Positions 18,649 through 27,385 of a stretch of 53,839 bases of DNA are shown here, one piece after another (positions within the stretch are counted from its first letter, which is position 1; every line of letters begins with the position of its first letter). The position numbers were made by a program, and so were the translations under genes. The DNA is from Minisyncoccota bacterium (GTDB lineage: Bacteria > Patescibacteriota > Minisyncoccia > Minisyncoccales > JAQTVQ01). The notes beneath the pieces were generated by a model. That model saw only the letters and a program-made list of their open reading frames with translations. It made no database searches and had not been told where the DNA came from. The DNA is taken from contig JAQTVQ010000004.1 of the NCBI GenBank assembly GCA_028706715.1, positions 1 through 53,839 of the forward strand, in the 5' to 3' direction.

Positions 18649-18945
18649 ATGATTTCTGAAGAAGAAATAAAACATATTGCCAAATTATCGCGGTTGGAGT
18701 TTTCTGAAAGCCAGTTGGAAAAATTTCAAAAAGAATTTTCCGCAATTTTGGAATATGTTGAAAATTTAAAAAAGGCCGATACCAAGAACGTTGAGCCGAT
18801 GGCGCATTCAATAAAAGTCGCCAATGTTTTTAGAACGGATTGCGCTATTGAAAAAGGAGAAGATACAAGCCGCCGCAGCCAAAAACTGCTGGAAGCGGCC
18901 CCTGATTCAAAAGACGGTTACTTAAAGTCTAAAGCGGTTTTTTAA
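18649..18945 (+). CDS. gatC: Asp/Glu-tRNA amidotransferase subunit C
   Basis: 98 aa with IKHIAKLSRLEFSESQLEKF...VEPMAH, directly upstream of gatA. Confidence 0.85.
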   Translation: MISEEEIKHIAKLSRLEFSESQLEKFQKEFSAILEYVENLKKADTKNVEPMAHSIKVANVFRTDCAIEKGEDTSRRSQKLLEAAPDSKDGYLKSKAVF

Positions 18946-18946
18946 T

Positions 18947-20389
18947 ATGGAACTGGAAAAACTTTCAATACGGCAAATCCATCAGGATTTAATTGACAAA
19001 AAATTTTCAGCGGAAGAGCTGGCGAAGTTTTTTTTGGACAAGATCAGAAAGGAAGACGGAGAAATTAATTCTTTTATTACAATAACCGAAGATCTTGCGC
19101 TGAAACAAGCAAAAAAAGCGGATGAAATTATCGCCAAAAAAAATGATTTGCCTTTACTGGGAGGAGTGCCGTGCGCCATAAAAGACAATATTTTGGTAGA
19201 AGGGATCAAATGCACTTCGGCTTCTAAAATTTTAGAAAATTATATTGCTCCTTACGACGCTACGGTTATTAAAAAAATAAAAGAGCAGGGGGCGGTAATT
19301 TTAGGCAAGACGAATATGGATGAGTTTGCCATGGGATCTTCCACTGAAAATTCCGCTTTCTTTTGCACTAAAAATCCTTGCGATACCAGCCGCGTTCCCG
19401 GAGGATCTTCGGGAGGATCGGCTGCGGCGGTTTCCGCCGGTTTTTGCAAATTTGCTTTGGGTTCGGATACCGGAGGATCAATAAGACAGCCTGCTTCTTT
19501 TTGCGGGGTGGCCGGATTAAAGCCTTCTTACGGAACGGTTTCGCGGTATGGAGTGATGGCTTATGCTTCTTCTTTGGATCAAATAGGCTCTTTCGGCAAA
19601 AGCGTAGAGGATTGCAGGGACGCCTTTAAGGCTATCAAAGGAAAAGACCCTTTGGATTCAACTTCTTTAAAAGAACCGGCGGATTCGGAGAAAATAGATT
19701 TGAGAAATTTAAAGATAGGGATACCAAAAGAATATTTTGTTGCCGGTATGGATAAGGAAGTGGAAAAAACGGTAAAAGAAGCGATTGGTAAATACGAAAA
19801 GATGGGAGCGGAAATAATTGAGGTCTCTTTGCCTCATACGGAATATGCTCTGCCTTGCTACTATATAATTGCCACGGCGGAAGCGAGCGCCAATTTGGCT
19901 AGATTTGACGGTATAAAATACGGATCTTCGGAAGTCGGCAATTCTGAAGTAAAAGACTTGCTGGAAGTTTACATAAAAAGCAGGGAAAAATATTTTGGCA
20001 GCGAGGTGAAGCGCCGCATTATGCTTGGCACTTATGTTTTGTCTTCGGGATACTATGACGCTTATTATAAGCAGGCGCAAAAAGTAAGATCGTTAGTCAG
20101 GGGCGATTTTGAAAAAGCCTTGAGCCGGGCGGATATTTTATTGACTCCGGTCTCTCCGACTTTGCCTTTCAAAATAGGCGAGAAGATGGACGATCCTCTT
20201 GAAATGTATTTGTCTGACATTTATACGATTTCCATCAATCTTGCCGGAGTGGGAGCCTTGTCTTTGCCCGCCGGATGGGTGGAATCTCCGGACGATAAAG
20301 CAAAAAAACTGCCGATAGGAATGCAGCTGATAGCAAAGCCTTTTGAAGAGGAAAAGATTTTCCAAGCCGCTATGGCTTTTGAAAAATAA
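18947..20389 (+). CDS. gatA: Asp/Glu-tRNA amidotransferase subunit A
   Basis: Amidase signature GGSSGGSAAAVSAG...GSDTGGSIRQPASFCG. Confidence 0.9.
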   Translation: MELEKLSIRQIHQDLIDKKFSAEELAKFFLDKIRKEDGEINSFITITEDLALKQAKKADEIIAKKNDLPLLGGVPCAIKDNILVEGIKCTSASKILENYIAPYDATVIKKIKEQGAVILGKTNMDEFAMGSSTENSAFFCTKNPCDTSRVPGGSSGGSAAAVSAGFCKFALGSDTGGSIRQPASFCGVAGLKPSYGTVSRYGVMAYASSLDQIGSFGKSVEDCRDAFKAIKGKDPLDSTSLKEPADSEKIDLRNLKIGIPKEYFVAGMDKEVEKTVKEAIGKYEKMGAEIIEVSLPHTEYALPCYYIIATAEASANLARFDGIKYGSSEVGNSEVKDLLEVYIKSREKYFGSEVKRRIMLGTYVLSSGYYDAYYKQAQKVRSLVRGDFEKALSRADILLTPVSPTLPFKIGEKMDDPLEMYLSDIYTISINLAGVGALSLPAGWVESPDDKAKKLPIGMQLIAKPFEEEKIFQAAMAFEK

Positions 20390-20401
20390 ATTAAGCAAAA
20401 A

Positions 20402-20929
20402 ATGGCTTTTCAGGAAATAATTTCATATTTGAATTCTTCCGAAGTCCAAGGGTTTATTTTACCTTTTAAAATTATTTTTATATTTCTTTCGGTTTTTTTT
20501 GCCGGAGCGGTTTCTTATTTCATTTATAAAGTTCCGGACGATTTTTTATTGAAAAAAGAAAAATATTCAGACTTTTTGTCTTTTAATAATTTTAAAGAAA
20601 AAAACAACACGAAGCTCAGAAAAGATTGGAATAAAATATGCGGATTTTTGAAAAACGATATTGAAGCGGATTATAAGCTGGCTATTATTGAAGCTTATGC
20701 GCTTTTTTCCGGCCTTTTAGCGGCAAGAGATTGGACCGGAGAAAATTTAGCCGCCCAAATTGAATCAACTCAAAATGACAGAGAATTTATGTTTAACAGG
20801 ACCAACCTTTTGTGTTTGGCTTCTTTGCGGGAAAAAATAGTCGCTGATAAAAATTACAGGCTTGATCTGAAAGAGGCCAAAAGCCTTTTTAGCGAAATAG
20901 AAAAAGACATCCAAAAAGCCGAAAAATAA
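20402..20929 (+). CDS. Hypothetical membrane protein
   Basis: 175-aa ORF with one TM helix (ILPFKIIFIFLSVFFAGAVSYFIY). No recognisable motif. Confidence 0.5.
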   Translation: MAFQEIISYLNSSEVQGFILPFKIIFIFLSVFFAGAVSYFIYKVPDDFLLKKEKYSDFLSFNNFKEKNNTKLRKDWNKICGFLKNDIEADYKLAIIEAYALFSGLLAARDWTGENLAAQIESTQNDREFMFNRTNLLCLASLREKIVADKNYRLDLKEAKSLFSEIEKDIQKAEK

Positions 20930-20952
20930 TTTTTAACAATAAAAATTTAAAA

Positions 20953-21525
20953 ATGGCTGCAAATATCTTCTCTCCTTTTTTTATTTTCTCCTGCCTTTAT
21001 TTTTTTCTGCCGATCTACGCGGCGAATATGATTCCTCCTTTGGCGGCCAATGTTTCTTTTCTCCGCAAATTTGATTATCCTGTTGATTTTGGTTGGAAAA
21101 TAAACGGCCATCGCTTGCTGGGCAGCCATAAAACATGGAGGGGCGTTATTTGCGCCGTTATTGCCGGAGTATTTGTTATCTTTATCCAGGGCTGGCTGGA
21201 ATTTAATTTTAGCGTTTTTCAAAAAATTTCCTTGATTGATTATAAAGATTTTAATTTGTTTTTTTTAGGAGGTTTAATGTCTTTCGGGGCGATGGCCGGA
21301 GACTTATTTGCGGCTTTTATCAAGCGCCGGCTGGGATTGCGGCCGGGACAGGCTTTTATTCCTTGGGATCAGACTAATTATGTGATAGGCTCTTTCTTTT
21401 TTTTGCAGCCTTATGTTCACTTTAACTGGAACATATGGATAACGCTGCTAATCGCGACTTTTTTTCTTCATGTGCTGGTTAACAGATGGGGATATATACT
21501 AGGAATACATCAAGCAAAATGGTAA
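20953..21525 (+). CDS. carS: CDP-archaeol synthase (CarS/DUF46) family membrane protein
   Basis: The blocks YPVDFG...GHRLLGSHKTWRG and GAMAGDLFAAFIKRRLGLRPGQAFIPWDQTNYVIG match the CarS family pattern (G..KT.RG; GD...SFIKRR.G...G...P..DQ). Confidence 0.7.
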   Translation: MAANIFSPFFIFSCLYFFLPIYAANMIPPLAANVSFLRKFDYPVDFGWKINGHRLLGSHKTWRGVICAVIAGVFVIFIQGWLEFNFSVFQKISLIDYKDFNLFFLGGLMSFGAMAGDLFAAFIKRRLGLRPGQAFIPWDQTNYVIGSFFFLQPYVHFNWNIWITLLIATFFLHVLVNRWGYILGIHQAKW

Positions 21526-22166
21526 CGAAAAAAACAGTTAAAAAAACAAAACTGCGCCTCAAAAAATTTTTTCAGAACAGGTATTTTATTTTTCGGCACG
21601 GCCATTCCGACATCCAAACGGAAAAAGCCGCTGGCCGCCGGCCGGCAAAAGAAAAAGAATACAATTTGACGATGAAAGGAAGGGAAGAAGTTTCAGCAAG
21701 CGCCAAGAAAATAAAAAAAGAAGATATAGACTTAATAGTCTCTTCTGATTTGGAAAGAGCCAGGCAGACATCGGAAATTATTAGCCACATTACCAAAGCA
21801 AGAGTTGTTTTCGACAAAAGGCTTCGTGAATTTGATGCGGGTGATTTAAAAGGATTAAAGTCTGAAGAAATATGGAAACATCTGTGCGATGATGATGATT
21901 TGGCTTTTTGCGTTTTGCCTAACGGCGAGAGCTTTGCCGACGTCAGAAAGAGAGCTTACGGATGTTTGGTTGAGCTGGAGAGAAAGCATAAAAACAAAAC
22001 GATTGTTATCGTCTCTCATGAATTTCCCCTAATGCTTTTGGAGTGGACTTTAAAAGGCATGGAGATAGAAGATATCATAGCGAAAAGATGCGCCGGCAAA
22101 ATTAAAAAAATGAAAACAGGCTCTTTCTGCGAATTGTGCTTTAAAAATTGCCAAGAACAAGAATAA
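21519..22166 (+). CDS. Histidine phosphatase (phosphoglycerate mutase-like) family protein
   Basis: RHG motif (YFIFRHGHSD) and a distal catalytic His in IVSHEFP. The start is set at the ATG at 21519, which overlaps the carS stop. Confidence 0.7.
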   Translation: MVTKKTVKKTKLRLKKFFQNRYFIFRHGHSDIQTEKAAGRRPAKEKEYNLTMKGREEVSASAKKIKKEDIDLIVSSDLERARQTSEIISHITKARVVFDKRLREFDAGDLKGLKSEEIWKHLCDDDDLAFCVLPNGESFADVRKRAYGCLVELERKHKNKTIVIVSHEFPLMLLEWTLKGMEIEDIIAKRCAGKIKKMKTGSFCELCFKNCQEQE

Positions 22167-22239
22167 AAATAAGAGCAAGAGTAAGAGAAGGATCAAGAAC
22201 AAAGAGTAATAGAAAGAGGAATAATAAGAATAAGAGCAA
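22153..22239. repeat. About 87-bp near-pure polypurine (AAGA/AAGAG-rich) low-complexity tract
   Basis: aagaacaagaataaaaataagagcaagagtaagagaaggatcaagaacaaagagtaatagaaagaggaataataagaataagagcaa. It straddles the stop codon of the phosphatase gene. Confidence 0.8.
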
Positions 22240-22271
22240 CTGAATTCAACCAACCCAACCCCTCCAAATCT

Positions 22272-22317
22272 GCACAGGTGCCACCTGTGCAAAAACTTGC
22301 ACAGGTGGCACCTGTGC
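22272..22317. repeat. Second tandem pair of GCACAGGTG-S-CACCTGTGC palindromes
   Basis: Copies at 22272-22290 and 22299-22317 with the spacer aaaaactt. The architecture is the same as at 144-188. Confidence 0.9.
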
Positions 22318-22358
22318 AGAATTTGGTGCGTGCGGATTTGGGCGGCTAAGTGTCCAAA

Positions 22359-22424
22359 ATTACCGAGGAAATTACCGAGGCCCGGCCTCTGTATTGTCCG
22401 AGATTACCGAGGCCCGGCCTCTGT
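22359..22424. repeat. Direct repeats ATTACCGAGG(CCCGGCCTCTGT), each with the palindromic core GAGGCC-C-GGCCTC
   Basis: A 22-bp unit at 22371-22392 and 22403-22424, plus a 10-bp partial copy at 22359-22368. Confidence 0.85.
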
Positions 22425-22644
22425 TAGCGCTTTCCAGGATTTTTTGCCGTATGGGCATACTTTCGCCGCGTCAATTAACCTTATCTGTCTTTGGGCGATA
22501 TCCATCGCAACCTTTCTTCTTTGATTGTTTTTGGCATATTTATACACATATACCAAGATATTACCTATCTCGGCAAAAACCGCCAAATGTGTGTGGACAT
22601 TACCGTTTTTGCTTGCCATTTTTTAGAAATTATTTTATAGTATC

Positions 22645-23018
22645 AAAGCCAAGCAGGCAGGCGATCGCCTTTTTTCCGTTAAGGAAAAGGGGAGGAAAGT
22701 CCGAACACCCAATTCCGCTTCGGCGGTAATTAAAAGTAGAGGGCAATACCCTTCGTCCGCGAGGATTGAGGTGCGAACAGAGACGCGCAAGGCTGAAAAG
22801 CCAAGCAGCCCCGCAGTTTGCGGGGACAGTCCTATGGCAACATAGGGGTGAAACGGCTAAATCCTTACTCGGGTGCAAGAGCAAACTTGGCTGCGAAAGC
22901 GGCCAAAGAAAAGTAGCTCGCTAGAACCGAAAAGCAATTTTCGGTCCAGATAGATGATCGCTAAGCCTTTCTTTCAAGAAAGGCCGTACAGAATTCGGCT
23001 TATTCCCTGCTTGGTCGT
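22645..23018 (+). ncRNA. rnpB: RNase P RNA, bacterial type A
   Basis: The universally conserved GGAGGAAAGTCCGAACAC and ACAGAATTCGGCTTAT blocks are present. The P1 helix pairs ccaagcagg (22649-22657) with cctgcttgg (23006-23014). The ends are approximate. Confidence 0.85.
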
Positions 23019-23028
23019 TGATTTCTAG

Positions 23029-23055
23029 AATCCATGGCTTGTCTATGGATTTTTC
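23029..23055 (+). terminator. Candidate terminator after rnpB
   Basis: A 7-bp stem (aatccat / atggatt) with a 9-nt loop, followed by TTTTT. Confidence 0.45.
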
Positions 23056-23104
23056 TATCGGATAAATCCTTTTTAATTATTATTAAAAAGGTTAAAATAT
23101 TATT

Positions 23105-24766
23105 ATGATTTTAGGAAAAGTTCTAAATTCTTCGGCAAAAAGCGTCAATTATGCCGCAATCATTTTAGCGGTTACTGTTTTTTTCAGCCAAATTTTAGGC
23201 CTGTTGAGGGATCGTTTGCTTGCCGGATCATTCGGGGCGAGCTTAGACCTTAGTATTTATTATGCGGCTTTTCGCATACCCGACTTTGTTTACAATATTC
23301 TTTTTGCCGGAAGCATAGTTGTCGCCTTTTTGCCTATTTTCGCCGAGCATTATGCTGAAGACAAAGAAGAGGCTTGGGAGATGTCTAGCTTTGTTTTAAA
23401 CTCTTTTTTATTGTTTAGTTTCATTTTGATAGCTCTTCTTTTTATTTTTGCTCCTTTCCTTATTAAATTGATTGTTCCGGGATTTGACAATGAGGCGCAG
23501 GCCGAGACGGCTTTCTTGGCAAGAGTGATGCTCCTAAGCCCGTTGTTTTTCGGAATGTCTTCTTTTTTCTCTTCCATCCTGCAGTATTTCAATAAATTTT
23601 TGGCTTACTCTTTGGCCCCTCTTCTTTATAATTTGGGGATTATCTTAGGCATTGTTTTTTTGTCTCCGAGGCTTGGAATATTGGGAGCGGCCTTGGGAGT
23701 GGTTTTTGGAGCGGCGGCCCATTTGCTTATCCAAATCCCGGTTGCCGTTAAATGCGGATTTAAGTATCGGCCTTTGTTCAGCTTAAAGCATCCCGCAGTG
23801 CTGAAGATTGTTAATTTGGCTTTTTTCCGTTCTTTGGCGGCTTCCTTAAGCCAAATTAATTTTATGGTTATTGCGGCAATAGCTTCCGGTATTGGCTTGG
23901 GGGCCATAGCCATTTTTAACCTTTCCTATAACCTTTCTTTTTTGCCGATTGGAATATTGGGCGTTTCTTTGGCTACCGCTGTTTTTCCCAGCCTTGTTCA
24001 AAGCTGGACGGAAGGAAAAAAGGAAGAATTTTACGAAAGCTTTTCTTTGGCCTTCCGCCGGATTATTTTTTTAGCCCTTCCTATCGGCATTCTTTTTTTT
24101 GTTTTGAGAGAGCCTATTGTTGAAACAATTTTGAGAACCGGCCAGTTCAATATGAAAGACGCGTCCCTAACTTCAGCTTGCTTGGGCATTTATTCCTTTG
24201 CCATATTGCCGCAATGTTTGGTGCCTTTGATTTTAAGGGGATTTTTCAGTGCGAAAGACACAAAAACTCCTGCAGTTTTAGCTTTTTTGTTTGTTGTTTT
24301 TAATATAGTTTTATCTATGGCCTTAGTCTCTTTTGCCGGCCAACCCAATATTTTTTCCTCTTTTTTGAAAGAGAGCTTCGGCCTCAACAGATCCGCAGAA
24401 GATTTAAAAATGCTGGCTCTTTGCTTTGCTTTTCTAGCTGCTCTCATATTCCAATTTATTATTTTTATGGTTTTTCTTTACAGAAAAATAGGCAACTTTA
24501 AAATTGCGGAAATTTGCCGCGCTTTTTGGAAAATGCTTTTTGCCGCGCTGGCTTCTTGCTTTTTTGGCCAGTATCTTTTGGAAAAAATGTCTTTATCCGC
24601 CGGAAGCGGGTTTTGGGCCGGTTTTTGGCAGGTTGCGGCTGTCGGAGGAATAAGTTTTCTGCTATACTTTCTAATAACAATTATTTTGGGTTCAACCGAA
24701 GCAAAAGGCTTTATCTCCAGCCTTTTAAATCGTTTTAACAGATATGGAAAAACAAAGACAGATTAG
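23105..24766 (+). CDS. murJ: Lipid II flippase MurJ (MviN family)
   Basis: GLLRDRLLAGSFGASLDLSIYYAAFRIPDFVYNIL and about 14 TM segments; 553 aa. Confidence 0.85.
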   Translation: MILGKVLNSSAKSVNYAAIILAVTVFFSQILGLLRDRLLAGSFGASLDLSIYYAAFRIPDFVYNILFAGSIVVAFLPIFAEHYAEDKEEAWEMSSFVLNSFLLFSFILIALLFIFAPFLIKLIVPGFDNEAQAETAFLARVMLLSPLFFGMSSFFSSILQYFNKFLAYSLAPLLYNLGIILGIVFLSPRLGILGAALGVVFGAAAHLLIQIPVAVKCGFKYRPLFSLKHPAVLKIVNLAFFRSLAASLSQINFMVIAAIASGIGLGAIAIFNLSYNLSFLPIGILGVSLATAVFPSLVQSWTEGKKEEFYESFSLAFRRIIFLALPIGILFFVLREPIVETILRTGQFNMKDASLTSACLGIYSFAILPQCLVPLILRGFFSAKDTKTPAVLAFLFVVFNIVLSMALVSFAGQPNIFSSFLKESFGLNRSAEDLKMLALCFAFLAALIFQFIIFMVFLYRKIGNFKIAEICRAFWKMLFAALASCFFGQYLLEKMSLSAGSGFWAGFWQVAAVGGISFLLYFLITIILGSTEAKGFISSLLNRFNRYGKTKTD

Positions 24767-26576
24767 GAATTTTAGCATCATTTCTCATATAGATCATGGA
24801 AAATCCACTTTAGGGGATCGGCTTTTGGATACAACCGGAACAATCGCCAAAAACAAATTGACGCCGCAATTTTTGGATTCAATGGACTTGGAAAAAGAAA
24901 AAGGCATCACTATAAAAATGAAGCCGGTTTCAATGAATTACAAGCCTAAAAATTCTGACTTGGAATATAATATAAATTTAATTGATACTCCCGGACATGT
25001 TGATTTTTCTTATGAGGTTTCCAGGTGTATGGCTGCCGTAGAAGGAGCGGTTCTTTTAGTTGACGCGACAAAGGGAATCCAGGCTCAAACTCTTTCCAAT
25101 TTGGAAATGGCGAAAAAAGAAGGGATAACCATTATTCCGGTTATTAACAAAATTGATTTGCCCCAAGCAAGAGTGGAAGAAAGCAAAAAAGAGCTGGCAA
25201 ATCTTTTGAATGTTCCAAGGGAGGAAGTTCTTCCGATTTCAGCAAAAACCGGGGAAAATGTTGAAGCTCTTTTGGAAAAAATTATTTCTTTGGTTCCGGC
25301 TCCCGACTTGGCGCCGGACATATCTGTCTGTCCGTCAGGCAAGCCTTTCCGCGCTCTGATTTTTGATTCCAAGTTTGACCCTTTTTTGGGAGTCTTGGCT
25401 TATGTCAGGGTAGTTGACGGAAGCATCAAAAAGAATGACAAATTTTTTCTTTGTGCCAGTAAAGCCCGCGGAGAAGTTAAAGAGCTCGGATTTTTCAAAC
25501 CCAATTTAGTTTCGGCAGATGAGTTAAAATCAGGAGAAATCGGCTATATAGCCACAGGGATTAAAGAGCTGGAAAAGATAGGAATAGGAGATACGATTGC
25601 CAAAGATTACGGTTCGGAGGGCCCTGTTGTTGAGACCGAACCTTTGCCGGGCTACCAGCAAGCTAATCCAAAAGTGTTCGTTTTTATATGTCCGGAGAAT
25701 CAAGCTGATTTTGAACTTTTACGCATTGCTTTATCAAAACTTAAGCTCAACGATTCAGCTTTATTTTTCCAGCCTCAAACTTATCAAGTTTTAGGAAGAG
25801 GTTTTTTATGCGGATTTTTGGGAACATTGCATGGAGAAATTACGATAGAAAGGCTAAAAAGGGAATTTAATTTGAATTTAGTCATCGGAGCTCCGCAAGT
25901 TTGCTACAAGGTTATTGAAGCGAACGGCAAAGAGTCTTTGATTTTCAGTCCCAGCGAGTTTCCGGAAAATCCGAAAACGGTAATGGAGCCTTGGGCGGAG
26001 ATAAGAATTATTACTCCCGCCCAATACTTGGGAAGCGTTTATGACCTTTTGAAAAGCTTTGAAGGAGAGCATATTGATTCGGTCTCTTTTATGGGCGAGA
26101 GGTTCCTTTTGACTTATAATATTCCGATGAGAAATTTAATCGGCAGTTTTTACGAGAGGCTTCTGAACTCCAGCCAAGGATTTGCTTCTTTGTCTTATAA
26201 AGAAATAGGGTTCAGACCCGGAGAGCTTGTCAAAATGGAAATTTTAATTTCCAGTAAAAAAGAAGAGGCTCTTTCCCGCATCGTGCCCAAAGACAATGCC
26301 TATTACGAAGGAAAGAGAATGGTGACGATGCTTGAAGATGTCTTGCCCTCCCAAATGTTTTCCGTTTCCATTCAGGCTCAAGCAATGGGCCGCGTTATAG
26401 CCAGGGGGGACAAGGGAGCCAAACGCAGGGATGTTACGGCGCCGTTATACGGAGGAGATTACACCAGGAAAAGAAAACTATTGGAACAGCAGAAAAAAGG
26501 AAAGGAAAAATTGAAAGCAAGAGGACAGCTTAGAATTCCGCCGGAAGTATTTGTTAAAATATTCACTTCTTCTTAA
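24744..26576 (+). CDS. lepA: Elongation factor 4
   Basis: IRNFSIISHIDHGKSTL, DTPGHVDF, NKID, and the LepA-specific C-terminal domain (...GGDYTRKRKLLEQQKKGK). Confidence 0.95.
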   Translation: MEKQRQIRNFSIISHIDHGKSTLGDRLLDTTGTIAKNKLTPQFLDSMDLEKEKGITIKMKPVSMNYKPKNSDLEYNINLIDTPGHVDFSYEVSRCMAAVEGAVLLVDATKGIQAQTLSNLEMAKKEGITIIPVINKIDLPQARVEESKKELANLLNVPREEVLPISAKTGENVEALLEKIISLVPAPDLAPDISVCPSGKPFRALIFDSKFDPFLGVLAYVRVVDGSIKKNDKFFLCASKARGEVKELGFFKPNLVSADELKSGEIGYIATGIKELEKIGIGDTIAKDYGSEGPVVETEPLPGYQQANPKVFVFICPENQADFELLRIALSKLKLNDSALFFQPQTYQVLGRGFLCGFLGTLHGEITIERLKREFNLNLVIGAPQVCYKVIEANGKESLIFSPSEFPENPKTVMEPWAEIRIITPAQYLGSVYDLLKSFEGEHIDSVSFMGERFLLTYNIPMRNLIGSFYERLLNSSQGFASLSYKEIGFRPGELVKMEILISSKKEEALSRIVPKDNAYYEGKRMVTMLEDVLPSQMFSVSIQAQAMGRVIARGDKGAKRRDVTAPLYGGDYTRKRKLLEQQKKGKEKLKARGQLRIPPEVFVKIFTSS

Positions 26577-26584
26577 AAAAGGCA

Positions 26585-26614
26585 AAAACCAAAAAACCTC
26601 TTTGGCAAAAGAGG
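26585..26614 (-). terminator. Rho-independent terminator read on the minus strand
   Basis: Stem cctcttt/aaagagg (26597-26614). On the minus strand it is followed by ttttttggttttt; on the plus strand only ctt follows. Confidence 0.5.
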
Positions 26615-26638
26615 CTTTAGGCGGAGAGGCAAAAGATT

Positions 26639-26749
26639 CTACTGAAAGGCCGGAGAAACCAAAGACAGAACCGTAGAAATGACAATTAGCGCGATAATGC
26701 CGGTTCCAAGATATCTAAGTATTTTCTTTGACTTTTTGCTGTTAAACAT
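26639..26749 (-). CDS. Possible 36-aa single-TM micro-protein
   Basis: Hand translation gives MFNSKKSKKILRYLGTGIIALIVISTVLSLVSPAFQ*: a basic N-terminus followed by one hydrophobic helix. It has its own minus-strand terminator at 26585-26614. No conservation evidence is available. Confidence 0.3.
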   Translation of the reverse strand: MFNSKKSKKILRYLGTGIIALIVISTVLSLVSPAFQ

Positions 26750-26758
26750 ATCGGCTAT

Positions 26759-27172
26759 ATGATAGCAAAAAAACAAAAAATTAAAAAGAGCTTTTTTACG
26801 CCTAAAAATAAAAGGCTGGTTTTGGTTTTTTTGCTTTTGCTGCCTATTATTTATTTGGCGGAAACTAATTTAAATCTTAACCAAGAGAGAAAAAAGCTCA
26901 TTGAAGATTTGGAGCAAACCAAAAAGACTCTTGCCGATTCCATTGATAAAGAAAACCGTTTGAACAATTTATTAAGCCATATTTCCAGCTCCCAAGCGTT
27001 GGAAAAAGTGGCTCGCGAAGATCTAAATTTGCAGAAGCCCGGAGAGAAAATTTTAGTGGTGAAAAACGAAGACGATATGCAGAAACAAGGAGAAGGCTCT
27101 TCTCAAAAAGAAGAAACTGGATTTTCTTTTGGAAATATAATAGATTGGATAAAAGAAAAGACAGGGATATAG
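26759..27172 (+). CDS. Septum-formation initiator (FtsB/DivIC-like) protein
   Basis: Basic N-terminus, one TM helix, a coiled coil, and the family motif VAREDLNLQKPGEKILVV. Confidence 0.55.
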   Translation: MIAKKQKIKKSFFTPKNKRLVLVFLLLLPIIYLAETNLNLNQERKKLIEDLEQTKKTLADSIDKENRLNNLLSHISSSQALEKVAREDLNLQKPGEKILVVKNEDDMQKQGEGSSQKEETGFSFGNIIDWIKEKTGI

Positions 27173-27297
27173 TAGAAAAGCAGTCCCGTGGCGGGCTTTG
27201 CCCCGCCGAAGCCGAGCCATCAAAAAAAGAGATAGTTTGGGATAAAAGAAAGACTATGCTCGTCTTCGCTTCTTTCAGGAGCTACGGCGAGGCAAAG

Positions 27298-27372
27298 GCG
27301 GGTGTCGTATAACGGTTATTATGGTTCCTTCCCAAGGAACAGACGGCGGTCCGACTCCGCTCACCCGCTCCA
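27298..27372 (+). tRNA. tRNA-Gly (anticodon CCC), CCA encoded
   Basis: Acceptor GCGGGTG/CACCCGC. Anticodon arm GTTCC-TTCCCAA-GGAAC. T arm GGCGG-TCCGACT-CCGCT, with an unusual C at position 55. Discriminator T followed by CCA. Confidence 0.8.
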
Positions 27373-27385
27373 AAAATGAGAAGAT

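Noticed and set aside
22359-22424. Possible mini-CRISPR array (repeated ATTACCGAGGCCCGGCCTCTGT units)
   Set aside because: There are only two full units and one partial unit, with 2- and 10-bp gaps between them. No spacer-like unique segments of ~30 bp exist and there are no cas genes in the window.
22404-22619. 71-aa minus-strand ORF MASKNGNVHTHLAVFAEIGNIL… just upstream of rnpB
   Set aside because: I see no recognisable motif. Its 3' end runs into the direct repeats. It cannot be supported without conservation data, so it is left unannotated and mentioned only in a finding.
22394-22884. Track ORFs 22394-22729 (+) and 22630-22884 (-)
   Set aside because: They overlap the RNase P RNA gene and repeat DNA, and have no protein-like features.
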